Assembly: GCA_964016885.1 (NCBI GenBank)
Contig: OZ024752.1
Coordinates: 4,836,001-4,900,000 of the forward strand
Source: Eledone cirrhosa
Taxonomy: Eukaryota
Direction: 5' to 3'
DNA length: 64,000 nucleotides
The notes beneath the pieces are model-generated. The model ran no database searches and was not told the DNA's origin. It saw nothing but the letters and a program-made list of their open reading frames with translations. Both the position numbers and the translations under genes were made by a program. Below are positions 27,690 through 40,830 of the stretch, in pieces; position 1 is the first letter of the stretch; each line of letters begins with the position of its first letter.

Positions 27690-29022
27690 TCTGTGTGTGT
27701 ATGTGTCTGTATCTGTGTATGTATGTGTCTGTATCTGTGTATGTATGTGTCTGTATCTGTGTCTTTGTGTATGTATGTGTGTGACTGGATATGTGACTGT
27801 ATATGTATCTATGTCTGTATATGTATCTATGTATATGTCTGTATGTGTGTCTGTCTGTGTCATTATATGTGTCTGTCTGTATGTGTGTCTGTATATGTCT
27901 GTATGTATGTGTCTGTATGTTGTGTCTGTCTGTATATGTGTATGTATATATGTGTCTGTATATGTGTTTGCATCTGTGTCTGTATAGGTGTCTATGTATG
28001 TGACTATAGGTGTGTGTGTCTGTATGTATGTGTCTGTATAAGTGTCTGTATGTATGTGACTCTATAGGTGTATGTGTCTGTATGTATGTGACTCGATAGG
28101 TGTGTGTGTGTCTATGTATGTGACTCTATAGGTGCATGTGTCTGTATGTATGTGACTCTATAGGTGCATGTGTCTGTATGTATGTGTCTGTATGTATGTG
28201 ACTGTATAGGTGTATGTGTCTGTATGTATGTGTCTGTATGTATGTGACTGTATAGGTGTATATGTCTGTATGTATGTGACTGTATGTATGTGACTCTATA
28301 GGTGCATGTGTCTGTATGTATGTGTCTGTATGTATGTGACTGTATAGGTGTATGTGACTCTATAGGTGCATGTGTCTGTATATATGTGACTGTGTAGGTG
28401 TATGTGTCTGTATGTATGTGACTGTATAGGTGTATGTGTCTGTATGTATGTGACTGTATAGGTGTATGTGTCTGTATGTATGTGTCTGTATGTATGTGAC
28501 TGTATAGGTGTATGTGTCTGTATGTATGTGTCTGTATGTATGTAACTGTATGTATGTGACTGTATAGGTGTATATGTCTGTATGTATGTGTCTGTATGTA
28601 TGTGACTGTATAGGTGTATGTGTCTGTATGTATGTGACTCTATAGGTGTATGTGTCTGTATATATGTGTCTGTATAGGTGTATGTGTCTGTATGTATGTG
28701 TCTGTATAGGTGTATGTGTCTGTATGTATGTGTCTGTATAGGTGTATGTGTCTGTATGTATGTGACTCTATAGGTGTATGTGTCTGTATATATGTGTCTG
28801 TATAGGTGTATGTGTCTGTATGTATATGACTGTATAAGTGTATGTGTCTGTATATGTGACTATATAAGTGTCTGTGTATGTGTCTGTATATGTGACTATA
28901 TAAGTGTCTGTGTATGTGTCTATATGTATGTGACTCTATAGGTGTATGTGTCTCTATGTATATGACTATATAAGTTTATGTGTCTGTATATGTGACTATA
29001 TAAGTGTCTGTGTATGTATGAC
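27690..29022. repeat. Degenerate (TG/TA)-derived compound satellite
   Basis: Recurring gtatgtgtctgtatgtatgtgactgtatag motifs. Confidence 0.9.
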
Positions 29023-29442
29023 TTATATTCACCTATGTCTTTTAAAGTAATAATTTATTACTTCTTCTGTTCATCTGTTTGAAGAGCTATTAATTAGTGA
29101 ATATTACTAATTAGGTTTTCATTGGTAACCAAACAGGCTTTATACACTCAATTTCACCAACCAGCATCATCTGGCTTTTCTGCTTTTTACTGGTAGAATG
29201 CTGCATTGTGTGATCAAGGAGACATGTTATATAAATAAGGCAAATAAGCTTAATGGTCTGTTCATTCTATCATAGTAATTACTACTTTGATGAATGAATT
29301 GGTATCCACTATATTCTTTAGTCCATTCAAACATCCAATCTTTCCACAAATGCACATTATAATTTTGGAGCACAACAATAATATGGTTATGTCTTTCAGC
29401 TTCTTCTCTTATTGTATTTTATAGATGTTATATGTTATATAT

Positions 29443-29816
29443 CAGCAGTTGCCAAACTTTTGGACCTCATGGACCACTAAAATCATAATCTTAAATCCTG
29501 CAGACATCTAATATAAATGTTTTTAAAAAGATAAATACTTTTGTAAAATAATGATTAGAGAACTTCCATTTTATTAAACAATACTGAAGCATATATGTGT
29601 CATATTCTCAATAGATAATACATATGTGTAAAGTTCTTTCATGGATGTTAGTTCTTTACTGAGGAGGAGAAACATTTTTTAGGGATGTTATAAAATATAT
29701 TTTGAAGGAATATTATTTTTGTTTTAGTGTTAATAAAACATAAAAATTGCAAATAGTGCCAATTTTTTCTGTGGACTGCCAAAATTTTCTCTTGGACCAC
29801 CGGTTGGCAACCGCTG
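29443..29816. mobile_element. hAT-type MITE
   Basis: TIRs cagcagttgccaa / ttggcaaccgctg; perfect 8-bp TSD ttatatat. Confidence 0.85.
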
Positions 29817-30349
29817 TTATATATCACAATATTATATCTGTGTGTTGCTAGAGTTACATTTGATAATTCATAAACACATGCACAAAAACAAACAAAAAAC
29901 CATCATTACGTGAACAACATTATGAAGAAAGAGCTGACAATTTCAGATATCCTGACTTTCTTGAGAGACACAGAAAATGCATCAATGAATATATCACAAA
30001 AGATATATATGATATATATACTTACTTATTAATAAGCATCAGAAATGAATACTTATCAAAATTTGTCCAGCATAGGATTTTATATTAAATCTCTTGTCAA
30101 AAAAAGAATAAATAAAATAAACATGATACATTAAAAACAAACACGGTTATATTTAAAATGCACCACATTCTGTTGTTTTGTTTGACCATTATAGAAGTTC
30201 TTTGAGCACTAATAACTAGAGAAGTTAATGAATAATGATAAAAAAACAACTTCTCTGCATATATTGTCAAAATTTGAATGTATTCTGTTAATACTTTTAT
30301 AGTCAACAATATGTGAAAGACCTTGTGCTGATTTGTATACATACATTAA

Positions 30350-31085
30350 ATATACATGATGGCTGCAAACTCGTGTTCGAGCGTTACCATCACCTGATAA
30401 AATACAAAAAAATGTGAGGTACAAAAGGGGCTCTTTAAACCAGCCAAAGACTTGCACCTTCTGGCACATATATGGAAACTATAGGCTCCTCCGGAACTTT
30501 CCATTGCTTTGTTCTGGCTGTGTATTATCATGTGTCTTTTAAGACCTCCCATGCTAGCACATTCTTTGCCACATTCCTTACACCTTTTCAGATCATAATC
30601 TACATGAGGTCTACTGATATGACTTTGTTCGTGTCTAGTCAAACCAGTTTTATTCAGCCAGACTCGACCACAGTGCTGGCAAACCAGATGATGTTCAACA
30701 GCAGGCAGTTCAGAACAGTCTCCTTTCCTTACCATCCTTTTCAGTGTAAGGTATTCTCTCCAACGAGTTTCAAAGTGTTCACTACCCGACTTGATCAAAC
30801 GTCTCCACTTCACTCGCTCCTCAGCCATTTTCTCCCATTCATCAGATGAAATTCCAACACAAGCCAAGGTGTCCCTGATACACTCCCGGTACCGCATTTT
30901 TGGTTTGTGTGGTGGTCACCTTCCTTCACACAGTTCTCCATAGAGAAGTTGCTTTGGAATGCGATCATCAGACACCCGGACCACGTGTCCGCACCACCTT
31001 AACCGGTGCTGAAAGATGCTCTCTATAGTCATGCACATGCTCTGTTCGAGAACTTCCAAATACTCATGAACATTTTCCATCGCAC
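30350..31085 (-). mobile_element. RTE-type LINE 3' end with C2H2 zinc-finger-like repeats
   Basis: RLRWCGHVVRVSDDRIPKQLLYGEL; CQHCGR..GLTRHEQSH, CKECGK..GLKRHMIIH; a related 3' end occurs near 59890-60000. Confidence 0.8.
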
Positions 31086-31254
31086 CCCAAGTAACTTACA
31101 TAAATATACATACATATATAATATCCTTATTAGCAAGAAAGGCACCCATTAAACAATGATGATTATATATATAAGAAATAAATATCTGTTTTTACAAAAA
31201 CAATATAAAATAATTATAAAGTTAGGTGGTGAAGTTAAACACAGATCACTGTAT

Positions 31255-32310
31255 GAGATGTGATCTGGTGTACCACAGGGATCTGTTCTTGGTCCTCTTT
31301 TGTTTGTTGCATATATTAATGACAGATGCCAACTTAAAGAATGTCACAGTACTGAAATATACAGATGACATCAAGCTGTACCTTGAGATAAAAGGACAGA
31401 TCCTATAGATCTTTCCTGCAATCAGACCTGGGCACATGCAGCAATGGATCACAGACTGGCAACTCAAGCTGGCTGTGGAGAAGTGTACCACCATGCATTT
31501 TGGGAGGAAAAACCCAGCGTCCACATACTCCCTCCACAACACTAATCTCAAGAAGTCTTCTTGTGAAAGTGACCTGGGCATTACAGTCAGCAGCGATTTG
31601 CATTGGACAAAGCACGTCTCTAAAATTGTCAAGAAGGTTGAGGGTGTCTTGGCATCACTCAGCAACACCTTTATCAGCCACTCTCCAACTATGTATTTAA
31701 AGCTGTATATAGCTATGGTGCGGCCACACTTAGAATTTGCATCACCAGTCTGGAACCCCTATCTTGCTCAGAACATTGACCTCCTGGAAATTGTTCAGGG
31801 ACATGCAACCAAGCGAATACCCTCCATCAGGTATCTACCATACTCTGAACATCTTGCTTCCCTGGGCATGGATACATTGAAACTCCGTAGCCTGGCAACT
31901 GACTTGGTAAACACCCACAAAATTATTAACCATGTTGCCAACAACAACCCTGAGTACCTTTTTGATTTCCATGTGTCTAACACACGTGGACATGCCTATA
32001 AAGTCAGAAAACAGCACAGTTCCCATGACTTTCAGAAACATTCTTTCACGCTCAGAGTTGCTGAAGCATGGAACAAACTACCTGCATCAGTTGTTAGCTG
32101 TCGAGACATTGCATCCTTTAAAACCTCCATGCTTCCTGAGATCCGCCAACACTACACCTGATATCCTCCCTCCATACACACGCACACATGTATATCATGA
32201 CCCGTACACTGTTCACTTTCCTGACATTTGTACATTTTTCTATGTACTATACATACACCTTTGATGAGTTGTAGTGCACCTGAACACTGTACACAGCAAT
32301 TTCATTATTA
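31255..32310 (+). mobile_element. CR1/L2-superfamily LINE 3' fragment
   Basis: SGVPQGSVLGPLLF, YTDDIKLY, DLGI, VRPHLEFASPVWNP, TRGH..K, F..RV...WN.LP; (ATT)n-like tail. Confidence 0.88.
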
Positions 32311-32403
32311 TATGGTTAAGGTGATGGTGTTTGTAGTGGTACTACTGTTGCTACTGAAGATGATGGTGGTGATGGTGTTCCCAACATCTGTGATGATGTT
32401 GAT

Positions 32404-32595
32404 AATAATTGTTTATTCTTTAGGCACAAGGCCAGCAATTACCCAGTGCATTACTGGTACTTTATTTTATCGACTCCGTAAGGATGAAAGGGAAAGTTAA
32501 CCTCGGCGGGATTTGAACTCAGATCGTAAAGGGACGTAACTATGCTGGAAAGCATGGCGTCTGACCCTCTACCGATACTGCCAATCCACCGCCCT
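32404..32595 (-). mobile_element. SINE family A copy whose head continues as a tandem array
   Basis: Reverse complement of 9552-9740. Confidence 0.85.
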
Positions 32596-33540
32596 AGCAT
32601 GGCGTCAGACCCTCTACCGATACTGCCAATCCACCACCCTAGCATGGCGTCAGACCCTCTACCGATACTGCCAATCCACCGCCCTAGCATGGCGTCTGAC
32701 CCTCTACCAATACTACCAATCCACCACCCTAGCATGGCGTCAGACCCTCTACCAATATTGCCAATCCACCACCCTAGCATGGCGTCTGACCCTCTACCAA
32801 TACTGCCAATCCACCGCCCTAGCATGGCGTCTGACCCTCTACCAATACTACCAATCCACCACCCTAGCATGGCGTCAGACCCTCTACCAATATTGCCAAT
32901 CCACCGCCCTAGCATGGCGTGAGACCCTCTACCAATACTGCCAATCCACCGCCCTAGCATGGCGTCTGACCCTCTACCAATACTACCAATCCACCACCCT
33001 AGCATGGCGTCAGACCCTCTACCAATATTGCCAATCCACCGCCCTAGCATGGCGTCTGACCCTCTACCAATACTACCAATCCACCGCCCTAGCATGGCGT
33101 CAGACCCTCTACCAATACTGCCAATCTACCGCCCTAGCATGGCGTCAGACCCTCTACCGATACTGCCAATCCACCACCCTAGCATGGCGTCAGACCCTCT
33201 ACCAATACTGCCAATCCACCGCCCTAGCATGGCGTCTGACCCTCTACCAATACTACCAATCCACCACCCTAGCATGGCGTCAGACCCTCTACCAATATTG
33301 CCAATCCACCGCCCTAGCATGGCGTCTGACCCTCTACCAATACTACCAATCCACCACCCTAGCATGGCGTCTGACCCTCTACCAATACTGCCAATCCACC
33401 GCCCTAGCATGGCGTCTGACCCTCTACCGATACTGCCAATCTACCGCCATAGCATGGCGTCAGACCCTCTACCGATACTGCCACTCCACCGCCCTAGCAT
33501 GGCGTCAGACCCTCTACCGATACTACCAATCCACCGCCCT
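32551..33540. repeat. 45-bp minisatellite, 22 copies, derived from the SINE A head
   Basis: agcatggcgtc(t/a)gaccctctacc(g/a)atactgccaatccaccgccct is the reverse complement of the first 45 nt of SINE A. Confidence 0.95.
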
Positions 33541-34623
33541 ATTGATGTTGATAATAATAATGAAGAGCTTCAGTTTCTCTGAAGAAACTATATCTGTGTA
33601 TGTCTATATACCTATCCTATTAATAAATTATAAAGGCAAAAGATATGAAAAAGTTGTGAGGCTTCTTGATAATTCCATCTTCCATCTTCCTTCTCGAAAA
33701 ATGTATTATCGTATTAACTAATTCTTTTTCCTATCTGGGGATTGAAACTAGAACCCTGTTGCCATCATTCATAGAAGAATGACTGTCGTACATCATGACC
33801 AGCAGATAATAGAATGACATAATCTGACACCTTAGGTTTTGCTTAATGAGTAATTGTGTCTGGTTGATATATCAGGAGCCTTATAACCCAAAACATGGTT
33901 ACTTAAAATGCTAGAAATATCAGCCAAATTTCCAATTAATCCCACCTTACATTATTATTTAAGCAGATATCTGATGCAGGCCGCGCATCAGATGACTGGA
34001 CATAATTAAGGTAAATCTCCAGAGGCTCAATGTCACTTTGCATACCAGGCGAGTTACAGCTGGCCTTGCTGAATATTAAAAATAAAATATCAAATATTAT
34101 TATCAATGTTCGATATAATCCATACATACATATCATCATCATCATCATCATCACCGTTTTACGTCCGTTCTTCCATGCTAGCATGGGTTAAACGGGTTGT
34201 CCTGATGTGGGCAGTGTCCGGCCGGCTGACCATGCCTTGCACATACAGGAACTGATTATGGCTTGATTTCTACAGCTGGATGCCCTTCCTAACACCAACC
34301 TCATTTAAAGTGAGTGCTGGGTGCTTTTTCGTGGCGCCTACACGTCCACTTTACAGTGTGGGCTGGGTGCTTTTTTGCCGTGGCACCTCCACAACCACTT
34401 TGCAGTGGGAGGGTGTGTGGGCATATTATCTATAAGCTTCAGCTTCGGTTCGTACCCGTGGGATTTAATTAAAAACATTTTGAAGACCATATGCTATCGG
34501 TTTTAAAGTAGTGACTATGTCACTTAAAAAAACACACGGTATATTGCCAAATATACTATACATACATTCATGTATACATCGCTATTTCAGAGCACCAATC
34601 CTAATACCATATGTATATGTGTA

Positions 34624-34654
<31 letters not shown>

Positions 34655-34671
34655 GTGCGTATATATATATA

Positions 34672-34704
<33 letters not shown>

Positions 34705-34845
34705 GTGTGTACGTGTGCATACTTACATTGGTTAATAAATTATTTAAGTTCTTATATAAATGTATTTATTTTTATGTTTTAATTTTTTAGTTAAACAAAA
34801 TTTTAAAATGTTTCAGTATGTTATTTTTTTTCTTTTCGATTTCAG

Positions 34846-35124
34846 ATCTCCGAGATGATTTTAAAGTAGGGCCAGTAGACACAATGGTTGCTATAGGAGA
34901 TACAGCAATTTTGAAATGTCGTCCACCTCGAGGTGAACCTCCACCTCATGTGATTTGGCGGAAGGATACAAGCAGTCTTGTAACAGACAGTCGTATAACA
35001 ATGGAAGACGAAGGTGATTTAATATTGTCTTCAGTAGAAAAGGCAGATGCAGGAGACTATACTTGTGTCGCTGTAAATAAAGCCGGAGAACGAGAAAGTA
35101 AAACTGCAAAACTCACTGTATATG
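34846..35124 (+). CDS. robo: Roundabout (Robo)-like receptor, internal exon encoding Ig domain 2 (phase 1-1, 279 nt)
   Basis: Polypyrimidine tract + ttcag acceptor, g|gtaagt donor. Translation LRDDFKVGPVDTMVAIGDTAILKCRPPRGEPPPHVIWRKD...DAGDYTCVAVNKAGERESKTAKLTVY matches the Robo Ig2 pattern (LRDDF...C.PPRG.P.P...W.KD...DAG.Y.C...N..GERES..A.LTV). Confidence 0.93.
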
Positions 35125-35540
35125 GTAAGTGTATTTATATTTATTTACTGGGTTTTTTTTACTATTTAGTGACAGACCATACTCAGAGAGTATTGAGCTG
35201 GTAATGTTTCACTGACTAGCATGTTACAACACCCAGTGTTGGGGGTTGATGAATGTAAGCTGTATGTAAGCATACTTAAAATAAATTAAGGGTAGGCATC
35301 TGGTCATAGAAAACCTGCCACAAAATAAGTCTTGTCCCAACCGATAAAAAATGATGAGAATAAATATATATTTACATGTTCGGCTTCCTCACAGTTTCTG
35401 TCTAATAAATTCACTCATATGGCATTAGCTGGCATTAAGATATATTAGAAGACACTTGCCCATTTGAAGTGTTGTGCATAGGTGAAGTTGTGTAAAGGGG
35501 GAGTCTTGACAATGTTTTGTATTTCTATGTTAGTGTAAAC

Positions 35541-36074
35541 TAGAGGTGCTCAAACTTGTTGGGCCACTGCCTCCCTCCCCATGGCCAGGTAATAACCTCA
35601 GCGCCCTCCCACCCTATTTCCAGAGAGGCCTGCCTACTCACAAATTGTAAATAATATATAATAAATTAAATCATTTATTTATATATAATAAATAATTGTT
35701 TCTACTTTTGGCACAAGGCCAGAAAATTACCCAGTGCATTACTGGTACTTTATTTTATCGTCCCCATAAGGATGAAAGGCTAAGTTAACCTCGGCGGGAT
35801 TTGAACTCAGAATGACAAGGGCCGTAGCTCTATGTGTCAAAGCATGGCGTCCAACCCTCTACCGATACTGCCAATCCACCACCCTATATAATAAATAATA
35901 TAATATATACTATGTATAAATAAATATATATTTTCTATTTTACTATTTTTATATATAATACGTATCATTTGATATTTAATGTACTGTTGTATCACCTCTA
36001 CCCCAACGACTGCCCCAGTGCCTTCTCAAAGATGGAGGGGGGGGGGGGGGTAGTACCTACTTTGAGAACCTTTG
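35541..36074. mobile_element. hAT-type MITE with nested SINE
   Basis: TIRs tagaggtgctcaaa / tttgagaacctttg; 8-bp TSD gtgtaaac/gtgtagac. Confidence 0.7.
35693..35885 (-). mobile_element. SINE family A copy nested in a hAT MITE
   Basis: Reverse complement of 9552-9740. Confidence 0.85.
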
Positions 36075-37246
36075 GTGTAGACAAAATTGTATTTTCCTTC
36101 ATCATGACATATCTGTGAATATTATAATATCAATGCAGTTATAATGAAAGAAGACTATATGGATGCTCTCTTGTTAGCTAGTAGAAAAATTGGCCCAAAA
36201 TGTACACAGTAAAATCAAACGCAAGACATGGCCACAAAGCAAACTTCTTGGCCACTTAACCATACCAGATCTTGTAAACTATGTTCAAATTATCTGATAA
36301 TTGTATATTTGGTCATTTTATGAGATATTCTATAAAGCTGTGTATTACAAATGGCAAGTCTATTGGACAATACACATTGATATCAGTTTTGGAACAAGAA
36401 TCAAATAATTTGACTCTTAATGCAGGAAGCATTATAATAATAATCAGAAATAGTTATGTGATGAGAAAAACAAAATTTTAATCATAAGTAATAACAATTT
36501 CATTTTTTTCTTTTACAATAAAAGAGACTTCTGATATATTTCGATTTTCGATATTAGTATACCTTCATCAGCTTAGCCTAAGTTTCATTTTACTTGTATA
36601 CTTTTTAGTCATATTTTCATTATCGGAACCAAACATATTTGTTAGTCAGTTTTGTCAGATAATGTATATTTTACCTCAGGCTAAAACACATTTTACAATT
36701 GTTAATGCCATTTATACTGTGTATTAATTAATGCATTTTGCAATTAAGAAAGAACAAGCTGTAATTAACACACTGTATAATCAGCAGTAGCAAATGAAAC
36801 CCTGGAAAAATCTTGATTTTGAAATCTAATATATACATTATTATACTGTTTGAACACAAATTAGTTTTTATATTCAATCATTTGATAATTCTAAAAACTC
36901 ATATATCTAAATTAAAATTAATTTATATTTATTTTATTTTTCTTTGCTTTTTTTTATATAATTGAAAAACGCCAGAAGAAATTAAATTTTAAGAAAAAAA
37001 ATATTATACAATACACACAAACATATATGAATAGTTTTAACCCCCCACCCCACCCCAAAGGAAAGAATAGAAATGAGGAAAAAATTTTTCAAATATTTAA
37101 AATATAATGAAATTCCATACAATTTTCATAATCTTATTTAGTATTGCATGAGAATTTCAAAAAATATTCCAATTACTGAAAAAGAAGTAAAAGCAAATTA
37201 TCAAATCTATAATTTATTTTAATCATAAAATAGAGCAAAAGAGAAA

Positions 37247-37295
<49 letters not shown>

Positions 37296-37697
37296 TTTTA
37301 GTAGGAACCTTTCCAGAAGCTTACTATTTTATTTTCTATATGTATTGCTTGGTTTCTGAAAAAGTGATGATTTAAAGACTTGGTAAATTTAGGCAAAGTT
37401 CAAACAAACCCCTTTCACAGAAAATTCCTTTAAGACTTTCCCTTCTTTCTCTCTTTTTTTTTTTTTTTGGCTGTTGTTGTTGTTGTTGTTTAAAACCTTC
37501 TTTATTTTTAACCTGAGATGGCATTAAAGATTGTTATGCAATTATAATTGTAGCACCTGCTTAAGATTATATTTTAATTAATTCTACACATCTTAATAAT
37601 TCAAAAATGTCTTTGCCTAACAGTAGTGAAGAGTGTCAATTTCTTTTCAAAATGATAAAATAAATAAATTAAAACAAAACAAAACTAAAATAATATG

Positions 37698-38013
<316 letters not shown>

Positions 38014-38612
38014 ACAAACACACACAAACACACATACACACAAAACAATACAAACACTGATAAAATAAATAAATGCTCGCCAAGTCAATGCAATTACTGA
38101 ATAAAATAAGACCCACTCAAAAAACCCCCAAGCCATTAACTCTACCACAGAGATGTGCAATTTATAATTTTATGTAAGGTCTTAAGTTTTGCTGTATAAA
38201 TTTCTCACAAGCCATTAGAAATAATAAAGCATATGGCAAGATATCTCATAATTTCCTATTAGGCAAAATTTCCTTGCCTGCTTTATAGTTTGTCAAAATT
38301 TTTTAATCTTTCATTCATAACCAATAACAGTTTTGTCAGCAAACAGAAATACCTCTTTTGCGTCATCATTTCTCAGGGCAGATATTTGTTGGGCTGTCAG
38401 GATATTATTTTGCACTCATATACAAATTGTCCATGCATGTCAGCAATCCTGGCAATAAACAAAAAATGAAATTTTACGAGAAAAAAAGGATTAAATAAAA
38501 ATATTAATTAAAAATGAAAAATTATGCAAATTATTCAGTCATTGTTAGAGAGAAGGCAGTTCTTGTCTTAAAACAACTCTGTTGTTCTCTTTTCCTGTTT
38601 TATCACTCTATA

Positions 38613-38649
<37 letters not shown>

Positions 38650-38662
38650 TATATATATATAT

Positions 38663-40830
38663 ATCATCATCATCATCATACGTCCGCTTTTCCTTGCTTG
38701 CAAGGGTGGGATGGGTCCTCTTCAGCATATCTCCATTCGTCATGGTCCTTCAACATCTCCTCTGTGAGTTTAACCAATCTGAGGTCAGCTCTCACCACCT
38801 CTGCCCATGTTTTTCTTGGTCTTCCTCTATTGTGTCTTCCTTTCACCGAGATTTCTTGGCACTTCTTCACCCAGTGGTCATCTTCTATGTGCATCACATG
38901 GCCATACCAACACTGTCTTCTCTCCCACACACTTCAACTTATCCCTCTTATACACAGTTTCACTCTTAACTCATCCATTCTTAGTTGTTCATGCATATTG
39001 ACTTTGCACATCCATCGAAGCATGCTTACTTCCTTTCTCTCCAGCTTTCACATATCCTCCGCAGTTGCTGCCCATGTCTCACTACCATGCAGCATCATGC
39101 AACTCACACAGGCATCATACAACCGATCTTTCGTTCATAGGGAGAAACCCCCCGTTGTCAACAGAGGAAGCAGCTCTCTAAAATTCTTCCAATCCGTCCT
39201 TATTCTAGATATTATGCCTCAGAGCACCCTCCTCCCTTGCTAATCTGATCACCTAGGTATCGGAAGCTATCAACCTCCTCTATAGATCCTACCAACGTTT
39301 GAAAATGGTACCTCTCATTGACATTTCTACTATCAATTTTCCCTGAACATCTATTGCATATGAAGTTTTCCTTTTGTGTTAGTTTGCCTGCTACCCCACT
39401 GCATCTCTTGTGTACCCAAGATCTGCATTGTGTAGAGTTTATGCCAACTCCTTTTCTACATATCAAGCATGGCCATTTCCCTGATGGAATCAGAGTTTTG
39501 TCCTCTTTCCTACTTATCAACACTTTAGTCTTTGTTAGGTTCACTCTCAGTCCCCTTGATTCCATCTGCTGTTTCCACAGCCAGAATTCATTCTCTAGCT
39601 CCTCTACTGATTCTGCTATAAGTACCAGATCATCAGCATAGAGAAGTCCCCATCGGCAGCCAGTCCTCTGTTATGGCTTGGAGGACTATAATGAATAAGA
39701 GTGGGCTGAGGACCGAACCTTGATGTACTCCTACTTGTATCTGGAATTCCTCAATAAACTTCATTCCTACTCTCACTTTACTGACAACACCTCTGTACAT
39801 AGCTTGCACTGTCCTCACAAGCCATTCCTCTACCCCTAGTTTCCTTAGGGACCACCAGATCGGGGTACCTTATCAAAGGCCTTCTCTAGGTCAACATAAG
39901 CTAGATATAGTGGTTTATTTTTCTCTAAAAACCTCTCTTGTAGTTGTCTCACTAAGAAGGAGGCATCTGTTGTACTTTTCCCAGTCACAAAACCAAACTG
40001 CATCTCATCTAACTTGATCCTTTCTCTAATTAGTTGCGCTAGTATTATTTCTGCCTCTTTCGTAACCTGAAACATCAGTTTTATATACACATCTTGTAGG
40101 GCTTTCCTAAACTTATATTTAAGTGAAAGGTCCTTTAGCTTCCAGACCTTCATTTTCCATACCTTCCTGTGTGTCTCATTCTGTCTCTTGCTTATTGAGA
40201 TGTCACTAATGACTAACCTATGTTGGTGGGTATATACTTCACAGGTTATGTCTTAGTATTTGACACCATCTGTCTATCTCATTGCTTAACTAGCAGGAAG
40301 TCAATCTGGCTTATGTTCTCACCAGATAGGTAAGTGATTAGGTGATTGGCATGTTTCCTAAAGTTAGTGTTGCAAAGGTTAGTTCATTTGCATCACAAAA
40401 TTCAAGAAGCCTCACTCCTTCTTCGTTTCTTGAGCCATAACCATAACCACCATGTACCCTAGTGTATCCATCCTAGAGCTGTCCAACATGACCATTGAAG
40501 TCACCTGCTAGTATAACAGCAGTCTATTGACTACAATTAATCTAATCTTAATGATTCTATTACTTATTCTAACTACCTCTATTGTCTTGTTAATCTATTT
40601 CTCGGCCAGTTAAATGCCTACCCCACCTAACCCATCATCATTTCGTACCCAGAGAAGCTTATAGCTAAGCTGTTTGCTTGCGATTAATCTTGCTGAGGCA
40701 CCTCTCCATCTCACCTCTTGCATGCAACACACATCCACATGTCTTCTCTCTAGCATCTCCACTATCTCACCAGATCTATCTCCCAGGGTGCCAACATTAA
40801 GTGTGGCAACCCAGCGATGTGACATCTTTC
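38663..40830 (-). mobile_element. Degenerate, internally deleted RTE-clade LINE (APE endonuclease + RT)
   Basis: ATLNVGTLG...VDVCCMQEVRW (APE), QFGFVTGKSTTDA, YVDLEKAFDKVPR, GVHQGSVLSPLLF, FRYLG, WYGHV; (GAT)n 3' tail; many stops and frameshifts. Confidence 0.9.

Noticed and set aside
32451-33582. Pro-rich and Gly-rich repeat ORFs
   Set aside because: Translation of the SINE-head array.
34818-35204. ORF-track start (MLFFFF) and stop for the Ig ORF
   Set aside because: Both ends are intronic; the true boundaries are the splice sites at 34846 and 35124.
36525-36577. Minus-strand CTGATGA...GAAA..TC hammerhead-like string
   Set aside because: Stem I cannot form; similar half motifs near 4565-4585, 48601-48620 and 52268-52305 lack the CUGANGA core.
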